Shown piece by piece: positions 50,071 to 62,712 of a stretch of DNA of 64,000 nt. The position numbers and the translations under genes are program-made. The notes under the pieces were generated by a model. That model saw only the letters and a list, made by a program, of their open reading frames with translations, ran no database searches and was not told where the DNA came from. Origin of the DNA: Mytilus trossulus (taxonomy: Eukaryota). The DNA lies in the NCBI RefSeq assembly GCF_036588685.1, contig NC_086382.1, forward strand, positions 39,060,001-39,124,000. Direction: 5' to 3'. Position 1 is the stretch's first letter. Every line of letters starts with the position of its first letter.

Positions 50071-51720
50071 ATGTACAAAGCAAAAAGGATACATAAATAT
50101 TCACCAGATACCGGTGATCCATATAGTGATGATAACTATTATTCAGAAGAAGAGGAAAGAGTTTACTACAAGTATCCTCAAAGAAAACGCTTGATAAGAT
50201 TTGTACCGTCGAGGATAGTTTCCGAACAGCATGATGGCAGAATTATGAAAAGGTATAGTGTGCGCCAAAACGAACCAGAAAGAGACCGCATAATGTATCC
50301 GTCATCTCATATCGTCAGGGAAACAAATTCTGAAACCGAAAGTGAAACTCGATCTTCTTCTGATTATTACAGAGATAATACAGTTTATAAAGTACATGTC
50401 ATTCAATCGAAGCAAACTGAAAAACGGAATAATAAAACACCAAATTTGAATAAAAAAGAAGAACTTGAAACATATTCGTATTCTTCTCCATCTTTCCGAT
50501 TTGTTCGCAGAGAAAATTCGGAAAGTGAAAGTGAAACCGAATCTTCTACAGATTACAGCAATCAAACTAAACAACAGATGCAAAGGTCGAAAATGGAAAC
50601 TGCGAGGTTTTCAAATTCATCCCCAAGACGTGTCGTAACTTATCACATCATTGATGATCCGTCTGACCGAAAAATAGAGCGAAATAAATCGAGTAAACTT
50701 GGTTCTTTCAATAAATCCGATAATATTGTTCGACGTAGGATAGAAACTCTACCTCGAACTCGACATCATGAAGGTGAAAAACGAAGACATAACTTGCCCT
50801 ATCAAACTAAACCTGCATTGAATAACAATGATGGTGTTACCTTTCTCCGACCCTATAGAGAAATTCGTAGACAGAATGAGATAAGTGAGAACAAGAGGAT
50901 TGTCAAAAATATACAACAACCTTTCCCTAACAGAAGAAAATCGAAAGGGTCTTTTGAAAGTTACTCGTATACAAGTTCAGATGAAAGTTCTGAATCAGAT
51001 AGTAGCGATGGATATACAACTGACAGTTCTGCAATTGAACAAAATGACAGATATAATGCTCAGTCTACGAGATCAACACAGACAGAATGTCTTCTCGTTG
51101 ATTATTCGAAAGTGGTAAAATCAAGAGAAGAGCAAAGAAAATACGAACAAGAACGACGACGACATGCACAGGAAAGGCATATTGTAAGTTTAGTTCAAAA
51201 TGAAGTTAACAAACCACGTTTAAACTCGAACATTACCGGCGATTCACGTATAACCGCTACTATCGAAAACCCAGCAAAACCACTTCCTAGCAATACAAAG
51301 GGGACAAGCACATTGGATGAGCAAGAGAAACTAAACGACATTAAGGAGAACGTTAGGATTGATTTGGAAAAGAAGGAAAAAGATGAGAGACGCAATCAAT
51401 TAGAAGTATGGACAAATCCTAAGCTCAATTCTGACAATCGGCAAACAATTTTAAATAATTATAAACAGGACCATAATGTGTATAATTTTGATGATCGTAG
51501 AAACAACTCCAAAACATTAACTGACAAGCGAGACGAAGCACCTGACAATATTGACGTAAAAATATATTACGATGAAAATTTTGAATCGATGTACCCGCAG
51601 CCACGTAAAAAAGGTTGCCAGTTAGTTTATTATATAGATTTGAGACCACCTACAGAAATAGTAGATCCGAAACCATTTGACGTATTTGAACGACGCATCG
51701 TGCCTCAACCGAAACGTAAG
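50071..51720 (+). CDS. Family S copy 3, exon 1 (618 aa with the half-GAR exon)
   Basis: 550 open codons ending at the strong donor AAG|GTAAGA (51721), phase 0; Ser/Arg/Glu-rich. Confidence 0.85.
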
Positions 51721-52116
51721 GTAAGAAATTGAAAAGAAATAATACAGATAAGATTAAAATTTAAATAGAATTTTTTTTTAATTGAATCATGAAATAACGA
51801 CTAAACCAATTTCTACAAAAAATAGTAAAAAATATATCTCATGATTTGTGCTTGTAATGTACAATACTGATGCATTGCGAGCTGCCTGCCCTTTCGGAGT
51901 ACCTGAGATGCCCCAAGTTTCCGAGTGGGTTCGTATTGCTCAGTCACTGTCTGCAATGTACCATTTTGTAGATAAAGACCAGACAATTATCAATTGAAAA
52001 TCAATTTGATCAAAAAATATTCTTAAGGCTACACACAATATGTAAGTGAGACGTTTTTGGTCCTTCGATACATTTTTAGACTTATCTGCTGTGGTAAATT
52101 CCGTACTGTTCGAATA

Positions 52117-52324
52117 CTGTGGATTCATTATTATTCGTTGGATACCAATTTTCTTGGGTTTCGAGGTTATGGGTTGTCCACGAAACAAATGTTCAACGAA
52201 ATACATATGTGTAATAGGCTTAATATACAGAGATTGTCAAAACCACGAAATCAAATATCCACGAATATGCAAGTTTTCACCAATCCACGAAAATTGATAC
52301 CAACGAACATAAATGAATCCACAG
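52117..52324. mobile_element. MITE with ~36-bp TIRs and TA target-site duplication (Tc1/mariner-like)
   Basis: TA|CTGTGGATTCATT...AATGAATCCACAG|TA; intronic. Confidence 0.85.
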
Positions 52325-53200
52325 TATTTCGCTTGCATAGTGATGCAGTCATCAATATATGTTTATTCTATGTTCAGACCATTCAGTAAAATGTATTTTC
52401 CTGTACACATTTAAAAAATATACTGAATTGTGTGAAAACCTACTGAACAACATGAACGATACGTATTGATTGTTTTCCCTAGCAAATGTTCTGAACAAGT
52501 GTGAATAAACCAAAGTTATTAGTCTTAACAGTTGTCTTATACACTGATCATGAAAAAATAATATTCAGTTGATTTTTAGCCAAAAGGCTGCATTTGATAC
52601 TCTATAATCTTGTTTGTCTTTTCGTACATTTTCTCTTTGGGTGTGTAATCGTTGTGGTTTTTTTCAACCATCCCGTCGTAGTCTTGCCTATGTCATCTTT
52701 TATATCACCAAAAATAAACAACAAATACTGAATTACAGGCTCATGACACGACAGGCACATACTTATTTACAGGGTTGTTCTTTTGGATACAAATAGAAAC
52801 ACGTCTGACAAAAAAACTGAGTCAAAGTAGACCGGTACGTATATCTCCAAATAACAAAATGACACAGAAAAAAGTACAGATTTAAGAGTATACGCAGTTA
52901 CTGATAGCTATTTCAAAGCAAATAAAAACTAATTAAAAAGCATGCACCTGAGACAACAGTATTAATCAGTACACATCCAACATTCTTCTGATTTAGAAAA
53001 GATGTCACGAATAGTCAGAAAAAAATATACACTTGAGCAACGCCAATATACGTATATTTTACATAAACGAATTTTAAATTAACCCTAAAACGCAATGCAA
53101 AGTGTCAAAAAGTAAAATTCAACCAGTATAGGAAAAACAACTTCTACTGTTATCATTGACTATAGTACGATTAATTATATTTCCACTGTAATTATTTCAG

Positions 53201-53407
53201 AAAAAACATCCCGATTATGCAGTCAAGGTTGGTGGCGGATGGAATACAATGAACGACTACATGGAAAGACATGAACCGGTGAAGAGATTCGTTTACGAAA
53301 GAGAGCATTTAAAAAACTCTGATTTACCGGAATCAAAGAAAAAGTACTATGGATTCAGATCAAATTATAAGTCACCACGACATAATCAAACTTATTGTAC
53401 TACATAA
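53201..53407 (+). CDS. Family S copy 3, exon 2: C-terminal half of GAR plus GAS2-like tail
   Basis: Not in the ORF track. Acceptor tatttcAG; KKHPDYAVKVGGGWNTMNDYMERHEP...YYGFRSNYKS...TT*; AATAAA at 53407. Confidence 0.85.
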   Translation, partial: KKHPDYAVKVGGGWNTMNDYMERHEPVKRFVYEREHLKNSDLPESKKKYYGFRSNYKSPRHNQTYCTT

Positions 53408-53919
53408 ATAAATACTACTTTTCAAGACTTAAAGTAGTACATGTTATGAAGCTTTGAGGTCCGGACCGATGTTGTTAGTCTACCACGGTACCATTTGCAA
53501 TGTATCAACTGTTTTATCGTACATGCTATTTTTTTATTAAAAATTTTTATTTTGTAACTGTGTATTTGTATTTGAGCGAAGGTTTCAACTAAGGTTTCAA
53601 CTCTTTAATTATAAGTTTGTCATATACATTTTGTAGTTAGTTGTTCTAGTGTAAATTAGTTTGGTTTTCGTGCTCCATGATATTTAATGTTTTTTACATT
53701 CATCAACGTTCTTAATTAAAGGCTAGTTTAAGTTAATACTATTTACCAAATAAAGAGTATAGCACTGATCACACGAGACAACTGATAACTATAAAAACAA
53801 AACAAACAAAAAACAAGTTGTGGTATGATTGACATTTCAACAACTCTAAACCAGAGATCAAATGACGTAGAAGTTAATAACTAAAGGTCACATAGCGATT
53901 CCGCTATTAATAGAATATC

Positions 53920-54170
53920 AGTCCTCCAGGGTTTCATCCCATCAATAGTCAGTAATTCGGTACAATTGATTATAACAAACGTTTTTTTGTAAATCATTTG
54001 AAAATATCAAGAAACTTTGCTTTTAACTTCATCAAGCAAAGTTTAACTTAGATGAATTATGCTATTCTTTTTAGTTTCTTTTTGGTCGATGGCTCTGTCG
54101 CGGTTTGGTCTTATTATTGACTTCTAAGCGTTTGGGTTTGAGGGATCCTGATGAAATCCAGAAATCCATG
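53920..54170 (+). mobile_element. Divergent, decayed retrozyme-like unit
   Basis: Patchy similarity to the array unit (cagggtttc...tagtcag; tcaagcaaag...ttagatgaatt) ending in CTGATGA..GAAA at 54148-54164 without stem II. Confidence 0.4.
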
Positions 54171-55384
54171 AAACGTGTTCAGTGTTTTTTTCAATTTTTC
54201 CTTATTTTTGTGAAAGGTTGATAATGATCTTACGCTAATAATCATTATCGCGTAAGTATGAGTGAAAATAAGTCACGCATTTTTTATATTTAATTTTCTT
54301 GAAGAGCGGAGGTCCGATAAGTCTTCAGTCTCAATTATTATGATCTAGTTGTGATATGGTTGAAATTGGTTTTAACATTTAATTATTTCAAGGTTCAAAA
54401 ATAAAATATTTCACCCCTGAGATATCTAAATATGGTAGCTACCAATGATTCTGTAAAAGAAAAGTTAATATTTAGCAAGAGAAGACAACTCTTAATAGAT
54501 TCAGTTTCGAATAACTGTATTTTTCCAATCCCCTTTATTCAAAATATATTGTCATACGCGTGTGGTTTCAGGAGATCATATTTTTGATTGTCTCATCTAG
54601 TCTTGCTTGTATTAGTTCTATCAACATGGCCGAATTTCGGATATAATTGAACAACTAGACACGAAAGAATAGTTGAGAGAAAATTATGAAAGTATGTTGT
54701 CCATAGGGTTCCACATCAATTCCTCAAATTAAGTTTGACTTGTATTTCCATGGTTGTATTATAAAAGTTGTGGAAATAAATACTAGATGCTCCAGAATGA
54801 TAGAAAAATATATGAGCACATGTTACAAGATTTTCATTCCAGAAAAACATGAAATAACCAGAATTTGAAATAAAACAGATTAATAAGAATCATTAGGAAG
54901 AAGACTTACATGTGCATGAGAAAACAATACCAGTCAAATTTTCAGAAACGATAGCTTGTAGATCTAGATTTACGTATACACACATTAAAAAGCATGTTTT
55001 ATTCAATTTTTATATTGATTCATTTGAAATTTTAAATGGAAATTTTATCTGAATAGCAACTGTATACGGATGGCTAAGTTTAAATGCATAATATCCTTGT
55101 CTATCTTTAATTTGGTACATACGTTTTGTTTGTTGTGCATAACAATGCAATGTGCCAAAACAAATTATACACTTATCGTGAAGCGGTTAATAAATGTTTA
55201 AAAAACAGGTTAAAAATTAAGGACATACTTGCTGTTAGTCTGTGTGTTAATCACAAACAAGGAAGTGATAAATTTTGGGATTAATTAAAAACAAGAATAA
55301 ACAGACAACGGTGAAGTGAAAGAGAAAAGTGGAAAGTATGAACAATCGAAAAACCAGGGATATCTTGGTGTTATTTGTTGTACC

Positions 55385-56365
55385 ATGGGGAATGTGCAGG
55401 AACCATCTTCATTAAGAACTGCTGAACACTCAGATCTAAAGGAAGTAGGTCAAAACAACAACAACAATTCAGATCACAAGAATGAAGAATGTAGAGAGTC
55501 AGTGTCAAGCTCAAAAGACGAATGTCATCAAAGTAGTGTAAGTTTAAAAAAGCGTGAACAACCTACAAAAGATATTTTTCAAACATCAGAAACTATTGAA
55601 GAGCACCCTGAAAATTTAGAAAATGTATTACATGATACAGATAATGTATCAAGAAACATAAAGAAAAAGAAAAAGAAAAAAACTAAAATACGTAGCAAAG
55701 AGGAAAATAATAAAGAACATGCTAAATTTGCAGAAACACTTATCAAGCGGCTTGAAGATGTATTAGCTAAACAAAATACCAATCAAGACCGTGATTCTAA
55801 AGAGAAACAAACAGCTGATATTGATAGGACTGTAATTAAAGAAAGTACGAAAGGCTTAATATCAAAACACAACGATTCGATGAAAGAAGTTAGAAACGCT
55901 TCCAGTACAAGCACACGAAATACACATGTACATTTTAATAACGGAAAGACAACATATTCAAGAGGAAAAGATACTTACAAAGAATCGAATGCCAGAAAAG
56001 CTGATGAAAAAAGGAGAATGCTGAAATCGCCTTATATATTACATGTTAAAGACCAATCATTTCAAAATAAAGTTCAAATACATCGGCAAGTTAAACCTAT
56101 TATCACATACGAAGAATGTATTGTTTTTGGTGGACATGAAGAATTACAAAAACCAACTCATACTCAATCGAACAAATATTTTATTATAAAATACGATTCT
56201 GATCATGAAGAATATGAAGCTAGGCCACACAATGTTTCCCGATATAATCCGTTTCTTGACAACGTAAATGAAATGAAAAATGGAAAATTTTATCGAGCAA
56301 ATTCTACTAAACAATGTCATGCTATACCAAAACGAACTGGAAGGATGTTAAGGACTGCGAATTAG
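55385..56365 (+). CDS. Lys-rich low-complexity protein, family K copy 1 (truncated paralog of 59397)
   Basis: First ATG is in ACCATGG context (frame open from 55316); shares KFAE.L.KRLE, SNKYF...YDSDH, YNPF and NGKFYRANSTK with 59397, then stops. Confidence 0.7.
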   Translation: MGNVQEPSSLRTAEHSDLKEVGQNNNNNSDHKNEECRESVSSSKDECHQSSVSLKKREQPTKDIFQTSETIEEHPENLENVLHDTDNVSRNIKKKKKKKTKIRSKEENNKEHAKFAETLIKRLEDVLAKQNTNQDRDSKEKQTADIDRTVIKESTKGLISKHNDSMKEVRNASSTSTRNTHVHFNNGKTTYSRGKDTYKESNARKADEKRRMLKSPYILHVKDQSFQNKVQIHRQVKPIITYEECIVFGGHEELQKPTHTQSNKYFIIKYDSDHEEYEARPHNVSRYNPFLDNVNEMKNGKFYRANSTKQCHAIPKRTGRMLRTAN

Positions 56366-57035
56366 AATATTTCATAAAGTAAATGTGTTGGTTGTCACAT
56401 ATGTTTAAATAATGACAAGGAGTTAGTCTGTCGGTATCTATTATATCATATGTAAGGCACAAATAACTTGATAACCGTTGTGATAGATGTATAAAAATGA
56501 TGTAGAGGACAATACGCAATTGACACACATCAAAAACAAAATGTCTTTACAATATTCTTTTTCATTTTTCCATTATAGAACAGTTTCAACAGTCTAAGTC
56601 TATTAGTTTTCATGTATAATACTGCTATTGTAATTATTCACCCCTTATTTCATTGCTTTTGTATGTACATGGTAGCATAGATCCAAATAACGCGTTCCGT
56701 GTATGTTCACTAGTGTTAATATGTCATCTGATCGAGTTAATTTATTTCATTTGATATTAATAGTGTGTCTTTCTATGTTGTAATGTTACACTATTGTTTC
56801 AGATAATGATGAAGGTTGGTAACTATTAGAACTTTCAAAAAGTAAAATCTGAACTCTAAGGAAAATTCAAAACGGAACTGTCATAAAAATCAAATGGCAA
56901 AATAAAAATCTCAAACACAGAAATCTGATGTTCATTAGTTGTCGTTTTGTTGCTGTGGTCCATAAGTTTTTCTCGCTTTTCGAATTTTATATAGATTATA
57001 CCGTTAGTTTTCCCTTTTAAATGATTTTACACTAT

Positions 57036-57440
57036 AAAAAAGAAGATGTGGAATGATTGCCAATGAGACAACTATTTACAAAAGACCAAAATGACATAGA
57101 CATTAACAACTATAGGTCACCGTACGGCCTTTAACAATGAGCAAAGCCCATACCGCATAGTCAGCTATAAAAGGCCCCGATAAGACAATGTAAATCAAAT
57201 CATGAGAAATTTAACGGCCTTATTTATGTAAAATATTGAACGAAAAACAAATATTTAACACATAAACAAACGACAACCACTGAATTTACAGGCTCCTGAC
57301 TTGGGACAGGCACATACATAAATAATGAGGCGGGGTTAAACATGCTAGCGGGATTCCGACCCTCCCCTAACCTGGGACAGTGGTATAACAGTACAACATA
57401 AGAACAAACTAGAAAAATCAGTTGAAAAGGCTTAACTCTC
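57036..57440. repeat. Abundant interspersed repeat
   Basis: aagaagatgtgg.atgattgccaatgagacaac...ggtcaccgtacggcc...ggctcctgacttgggacagg; partial copies at 33415-33545 and 53815-53895. Confidence 0.7.
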
Positions 57441-59396
57441 TTTTTATAACCCTTTATAGCTTGCTGTTCGGTGTTAGCAAATGCTCCGTTTTGAAGACCT
57501 TACTTGTACCTATACTGGTTTACTTTTTATTAATTGTGACTTGGATGGAGAGTTGTCTCATTGGTTCTCATACCACATTTACTTATATCTAATGAGAGCA
57601 ATATAAGTAGAAGTTTAAGGTAAGGACCTTAATACAAATTTAATACCGGATTTATAGCATGAATAAAGTGTTGTTTATTCTTTAGTTTTCTATGTTATAT
57701 CATGTGTATTATTGTTTGTCTGTTTGTCTTTTTCATTTTAAGCCATGGCGTTGTCAGTTTATTTTCGATTTATGAGTTTGACTGTCCCTCTGGTATCTTT
57801 CTTCCCTCTTTTTTAAGCTGTAATCTTAGTTTATAGTTTTAACTTTTCCTTATACATATGATATTTTAAATAACAAAACATATGTTTGTCATTTGGAATT
57901 ACAAATAAAACATGAATCTCTTACTGGCTAAGTCAATTGACGAGAAAATAACCTGGAATGAACAAAGGGAGGGTTGAGATCTCACAAAACCTATTAAACA
58001 TTTTCCCGCCTGTTCCAAGACAGGACCTCTGGCCTTTGTTCGTCTGGTTTTTTTTTTACTTTAGTTCATTTATACTTTGATGTTAAGTATGACTTCAATT
58101 TTCACGGAACTAGTACACAGATTTATTTAGGCATCATCTGAGGCCCACCCCCGGATGAGGAGTTTTTTTCCTTGCATTGAAGATGCATTGGTAGCCTTCG
58201 GCTGTTATATGCTATTTGGTCGGGTTGTTGTCTTTTTAACATATTCCTGATTTCCATTCTCAATTTTAAAGGATACGCGGTAAAATCAACATAACAACGA
58301 CTGTTTATGTAATAGCTGTGACAAAGATGGTCTCTGCGTATTGTGCAAGTTCATAATTTCCAAAAACTACTAAACATTATAGTATCACGTGATATGGTGT
58401 GTTTTTCAGTTACTTCAAACACAACCAGATTTTTTATAAACCTAGTCGTAAGAATTGTCATCTAATTGTAACTTGGTCTCCTAGAGGTCCGTATAATACA
58501 TGTTTTGGTTTGGGTTTTTTACTGAAGAAGAAAAAGATTTTCTTTTACAAATTTATCTTCGAATTGTTGTATTTTCACTAGTCACCTGCATTCAAAACAT
58601 TTTGTTCTGCAATGTCGGAGGAGATTTTTTAAATTGCTGAATCAAAAATAAGATATTTCTCTTCCAGTGATTTTGTAAATCCAATATAGAACCAAGTGTA
58701 TCTTAGTTGTAGAAGACCTTTCGTATATTAGTCTACCGCTATAACCCGAGTGTGGTTATATCAAGCAAAATCGTTGTCAGTTTATTTTTGACTTATATTT
58801 TTGAATGTCTCTCTGGTTTATTTCGCCTCTTTTCTGCAAATGTGGATGACAAAATTGTTTGTCACATTATTTTTCATATTTTTCATATTCTTTTTATAAA
58901 CTGTATCAATGGCAATTTGTTGACAATTTCAATATAAAGATGACATTTTCATTAAATTGCTGTAATATCAATTTTTCTTAAGATGTTTATGAAATAAGTA
59001 AAGAATTCATTATTTGTAGAAATAAGAACTCTCACCAGGATTGATATCCGATATTCAAGAATGATATCCATAATCACATGTTTCAACCTTTGTATTCTTC
59101 AAGTCAGCACTAATGCGTAAAATCAATAAGTGTTAAAAAGGTTGTGGACCAAGACGTGTTTTAGAAAAATATACAAGTTAAATATCCGTATCTATTGGCA
59201 TGTCTAAAACTTTATGTATAAATGCATTTAAAGGTATGCATTCTTTTGTTCTTACATTGATTATTTTCAAATATCAAATGAAAATGTTATCTGAAAGAAA
59301 ACGTATTAAGATTATTAAGTTGTTTAAATGCATTTAATAACACAAGATTATTTCAATATTTGATTATACATTTGATAAATTGTGCATTGAAATTCA

Positions 59397-61970
59397 ATGT
59401 ACCATAGAAATTCTGCACTTGACGTCAAAGGATTACAAGTAATGCCAGTAGAAAAGGGAACAAATCGACATTCAAATCATAAAGCTACTATTGATTCAAT
59501 TTGGTGTGAAAATTGTAAAGATAGGGAAATCACTAATATTGGAACATATGTAATACCAAAATCAACAAACCAAAATATGACGAATAGTGAAAAGTCGGGA
59601 AATGAGGGAATATTTCTGGATAGTATTCGTTGCAGCAGTGGCAAAGTTCATGAACTATCATGCGTTGGAACTGCTGATCACTCAGGTTCAAAAGGAGAAC
59701 AAAACAAGAAAGACCAAATGGATAATTCAGAAAACAAGAGTGAAAAAAGAAGAAAACCCGTGACTACTTCAAAAGATAAACCTCGCCAACTTACTAAAAA
59801 TATTTTATCAGAAACTACAAAAAAACAATTGCAAAATTTGCAAAATATATCAAACGATACAGAAGATATGTCAGCTGAGAAAAAGAAAAAGAAAACTAAA
59901 AAACATAAAAAGGAAAGGAAAGAGTTAATTAGTGCGGAACAAAATGTGAAATTTGCTGAAATACTGAGAAAGCGACTTGAAAGCGAATTGGCTAGACGAA
60001 ATGACAATCATGTTGTTGATAATTACACAACTGTTTGTAAGGATGAAAACATCGAGGTTAAAGGCAAATTGGTAATAGATATGAAAAACGATTTATCTAA
60101 ACACAAAACATCAAAAGATGTAAAGACTGATAAAGTAACGATAACGAACACAATGAAGACATACCATAGCAGCGAACGTTATACAAATAAGGATAATGAG
60201 AGTAAGCAGATGCCTAAATCGGCAAATCAAATGCATCTTAAAGATAGAATCACACCTCGTAGTGAAACTGAGCCGAAATCCGCAAACAAAATGCATCTTA
60301 AAGATAGAAACACACCTCGTAGTGAAACTGAGCCGAAATCCGCAAACAAAATGCATCTTAAAGATAGAAACACACCTTGTAGTGAAACTGAGCCGAAAGT
60401 CGCAAACAAAATGCATGTTAAAGATAGAAACACACATCGTAGTGAAAATGAGCCTGAATCCGCAAACAAAATGCATGTTAAAGATAGAAACACACATCGT
60501 AATGAAACTGAGCCGAAATCCGCAAACAAAATGCGTGTTAAAGATAGAAACACACATCGTAGTGAAACTGAGCCGAAATCCGCAAATAAAATGCATGTTA
60601 AAGATAGAAACACACATCGTAGTGAAAATGAGCCTGAATCCGCAAACAAAATGCATGTTAAAGATAGTAACACACATCGTAGTGAAAATGAAAAGCAGTC
60701 AAAAAGTAAAGCCAAATACACTTCCGAAGAGACACTGGTCAAAGATATTTATAAACAACCAAGGAAACCAACACGTATAAAATCGAACAAATATTTTAAA
60801 TTAAGATACGATTCTGATCATGACGAAAATGAGGGTAGGCCAAGAAAATCCTCTCAATACAATCCTTTTCCTGTTAATGAAATGATAAACGGAAAATTTT
60901 ATCGAGCAAATTCTACAAAAACGTCCCATTCTACCTTAGAACAAAGACACGTGTATAGGTCAGTGTCTAATGCATCTGTTTTCTCAAGCTCAATAGAGGT
61001 AACTGAAGAGTCTCCAGCAAATTTGTATTCTTCATATCAGAATATTCTCTTTCACTCAAACACAAAAGATGAATTGTATCGGCAAATGGGAAAGAAACAC
61101 CAGTTTTCTCATGTTCATGATCGAGGCGACAAAATCGAAGGGGTTCAAAATGAACCAAAAGTAAATGCTAACAAAACTCGCTTGAGTCATACCACTAGTA
61201 AAGACAATATGACAAAAACGAACGCGAATATTAGAAACCCCACTGACAAAAATAGCAGAGATAATAATTCACGAGCGCCTAAGCCAAGATACAACGCCTG
61301 GACTATAGAATCAACAAACGAACAAGTAGCAAATGTAGATGCAAGGAACAATACATTCAGAGAAAAAGTTATCAAAGCAGCACGTCGTCCTCAAAATCGT
61401 TGCTTTTATTCAGAGGATGACGATAAAGACTTAATTTTAATAATGGTACAAGATGAAATTCAAAAACAGTACCAAAGAATAAAAGAAGTTCGTATCAAGA
61501 ATGAATTAAACCAAAACGACAGACAACAAGAACAAAACGAATCAGACAATAGAAATAAAAAGAACATGAAAAGGGATTCCAAGGACCCATTTTGGGACCG
61601 TAGTAAAAATTGTAGTGCCTATAAAGATGATACAGATGTTTATTCATTCAGCAGAGAAAGTGACGAATTGCAAAGGTTAAAAGTTGATACTGCGAAAACG
61701 GACAAAAAGGCAAAGAAGAGCAAGTTCATTAACGAGACATTAAATAGAGTTTCCAGTAAAAAGACCGAAGATTCAACAGAGGATTTGAATGATGAAAACA
61801 AAGACGTGTCTACTCCTATGGTGCATGAGTCCAAGAAAGAAGAAGACAAACTTGAGGAAAAGAAAGATATGTTACAGTCCATTGTTGATATACACGATAT
61901 TGGTGTTAATGTTGCGCCTCCACATCACGCACAACAAAAGGTGGAAAAACATTTCAGAGTACCGTCAAAG
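59397..61970 (+). CDS. Family K copy 2, exon 1 (up to 930 aa with the half-GAR exon)
   Basis: 858 open codons ending at donor AAG|GTAATT (61971), phase 0; true start codon uncertain. Confidence 0.85.
60213..60692 (+). repeat. Coding minisatellite, 8 x 60 bp (PKSANKMHVKDRNTHRSETE)
   Basis: Units start at 60213, 60273, ... 60633; near-identical. Confidence 0.95.
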
Positions 61971-62493
61971 GTAATTAAGATATAAGTACCATTTACTTCA
62001 GATGGGATATATTTTCCTTGATTTAAAAAACGAAGTTTAACATTCTTATTGAAAAATCTAAACTTATAATTCGAGTAAACGAGGTTTAACACATTCCAAT
62101 GAAGATAAACAAAAAGATAAACAATGACAGTAATCTAATTACATTTCGGTGAAAATGGCAATTCATCAAATAATAATTCCGTTGAATTTCACTTTCCTTA
62201 TCTTTTTCGTTTATTCAAATATCGTTGTGAAATAGTTGTATTAAGTATTCATGTGACATTTAAAGAATTGAAAGTCAAAATGAAAAGTCCCTAAAATCAA
62301 AATCTCACACACATCAAACGATCGGATAACAATTGTCATATTAATGACATAACACAGGCAGTTCCTTAACATGTAGAATAGTATAGTAAACCTGCTTTTA
62401 TAACTAGTCCAGGGTTTCCGCTGGCGGTCAAACATATTGACAACTTTTACATTAATAATAACCTTATACATTGTTTACATTTTCTACTTGCAG

Positions 62494-62712
62494 AAAGATT
62501 GCAACAAAGTGGTAAGGGTGGGTGGTGGATGGAGTAATATTAATGACTACTACAAAAGACATGTGCCAGTTACAAGGAGAGAATATAACAGGTCAAGCAA
62601 CTATAAAGGACGATCATACCTAAGTTTCCAGTCACATTACAAATGTCCTCCAAAACTCAAGCATCATTCAAAAGTTACTAATTCTACCAGTAGAAAAGTT
62701 ACATTAAATTAA
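62494..62712 (+). CDS. Family K copy 2, exon 2: half-GAR plus GAS2-like tail
   Basis: Acceptor ctacttgcAG; KDCNKVVRVGGGWSNINDYYKRHVP...YLSFQSHYKC; AATAAA near 62770. Confidence 0.85.
   Translation, partial: KDCNKVVRVGGGWSNINDYYKRHVPVTRREYNRSSNYKGRSYLSFQSHYKCPPKLKHHSKVTNSTSRKVTLN

Noticed and set aside
60111-60780. Three extra overlapping ORFs on both strands
   Set aside because: By-product of a 60-bp repeat lacking stops in several frames; only the 59397 frame has homology to the paralog.
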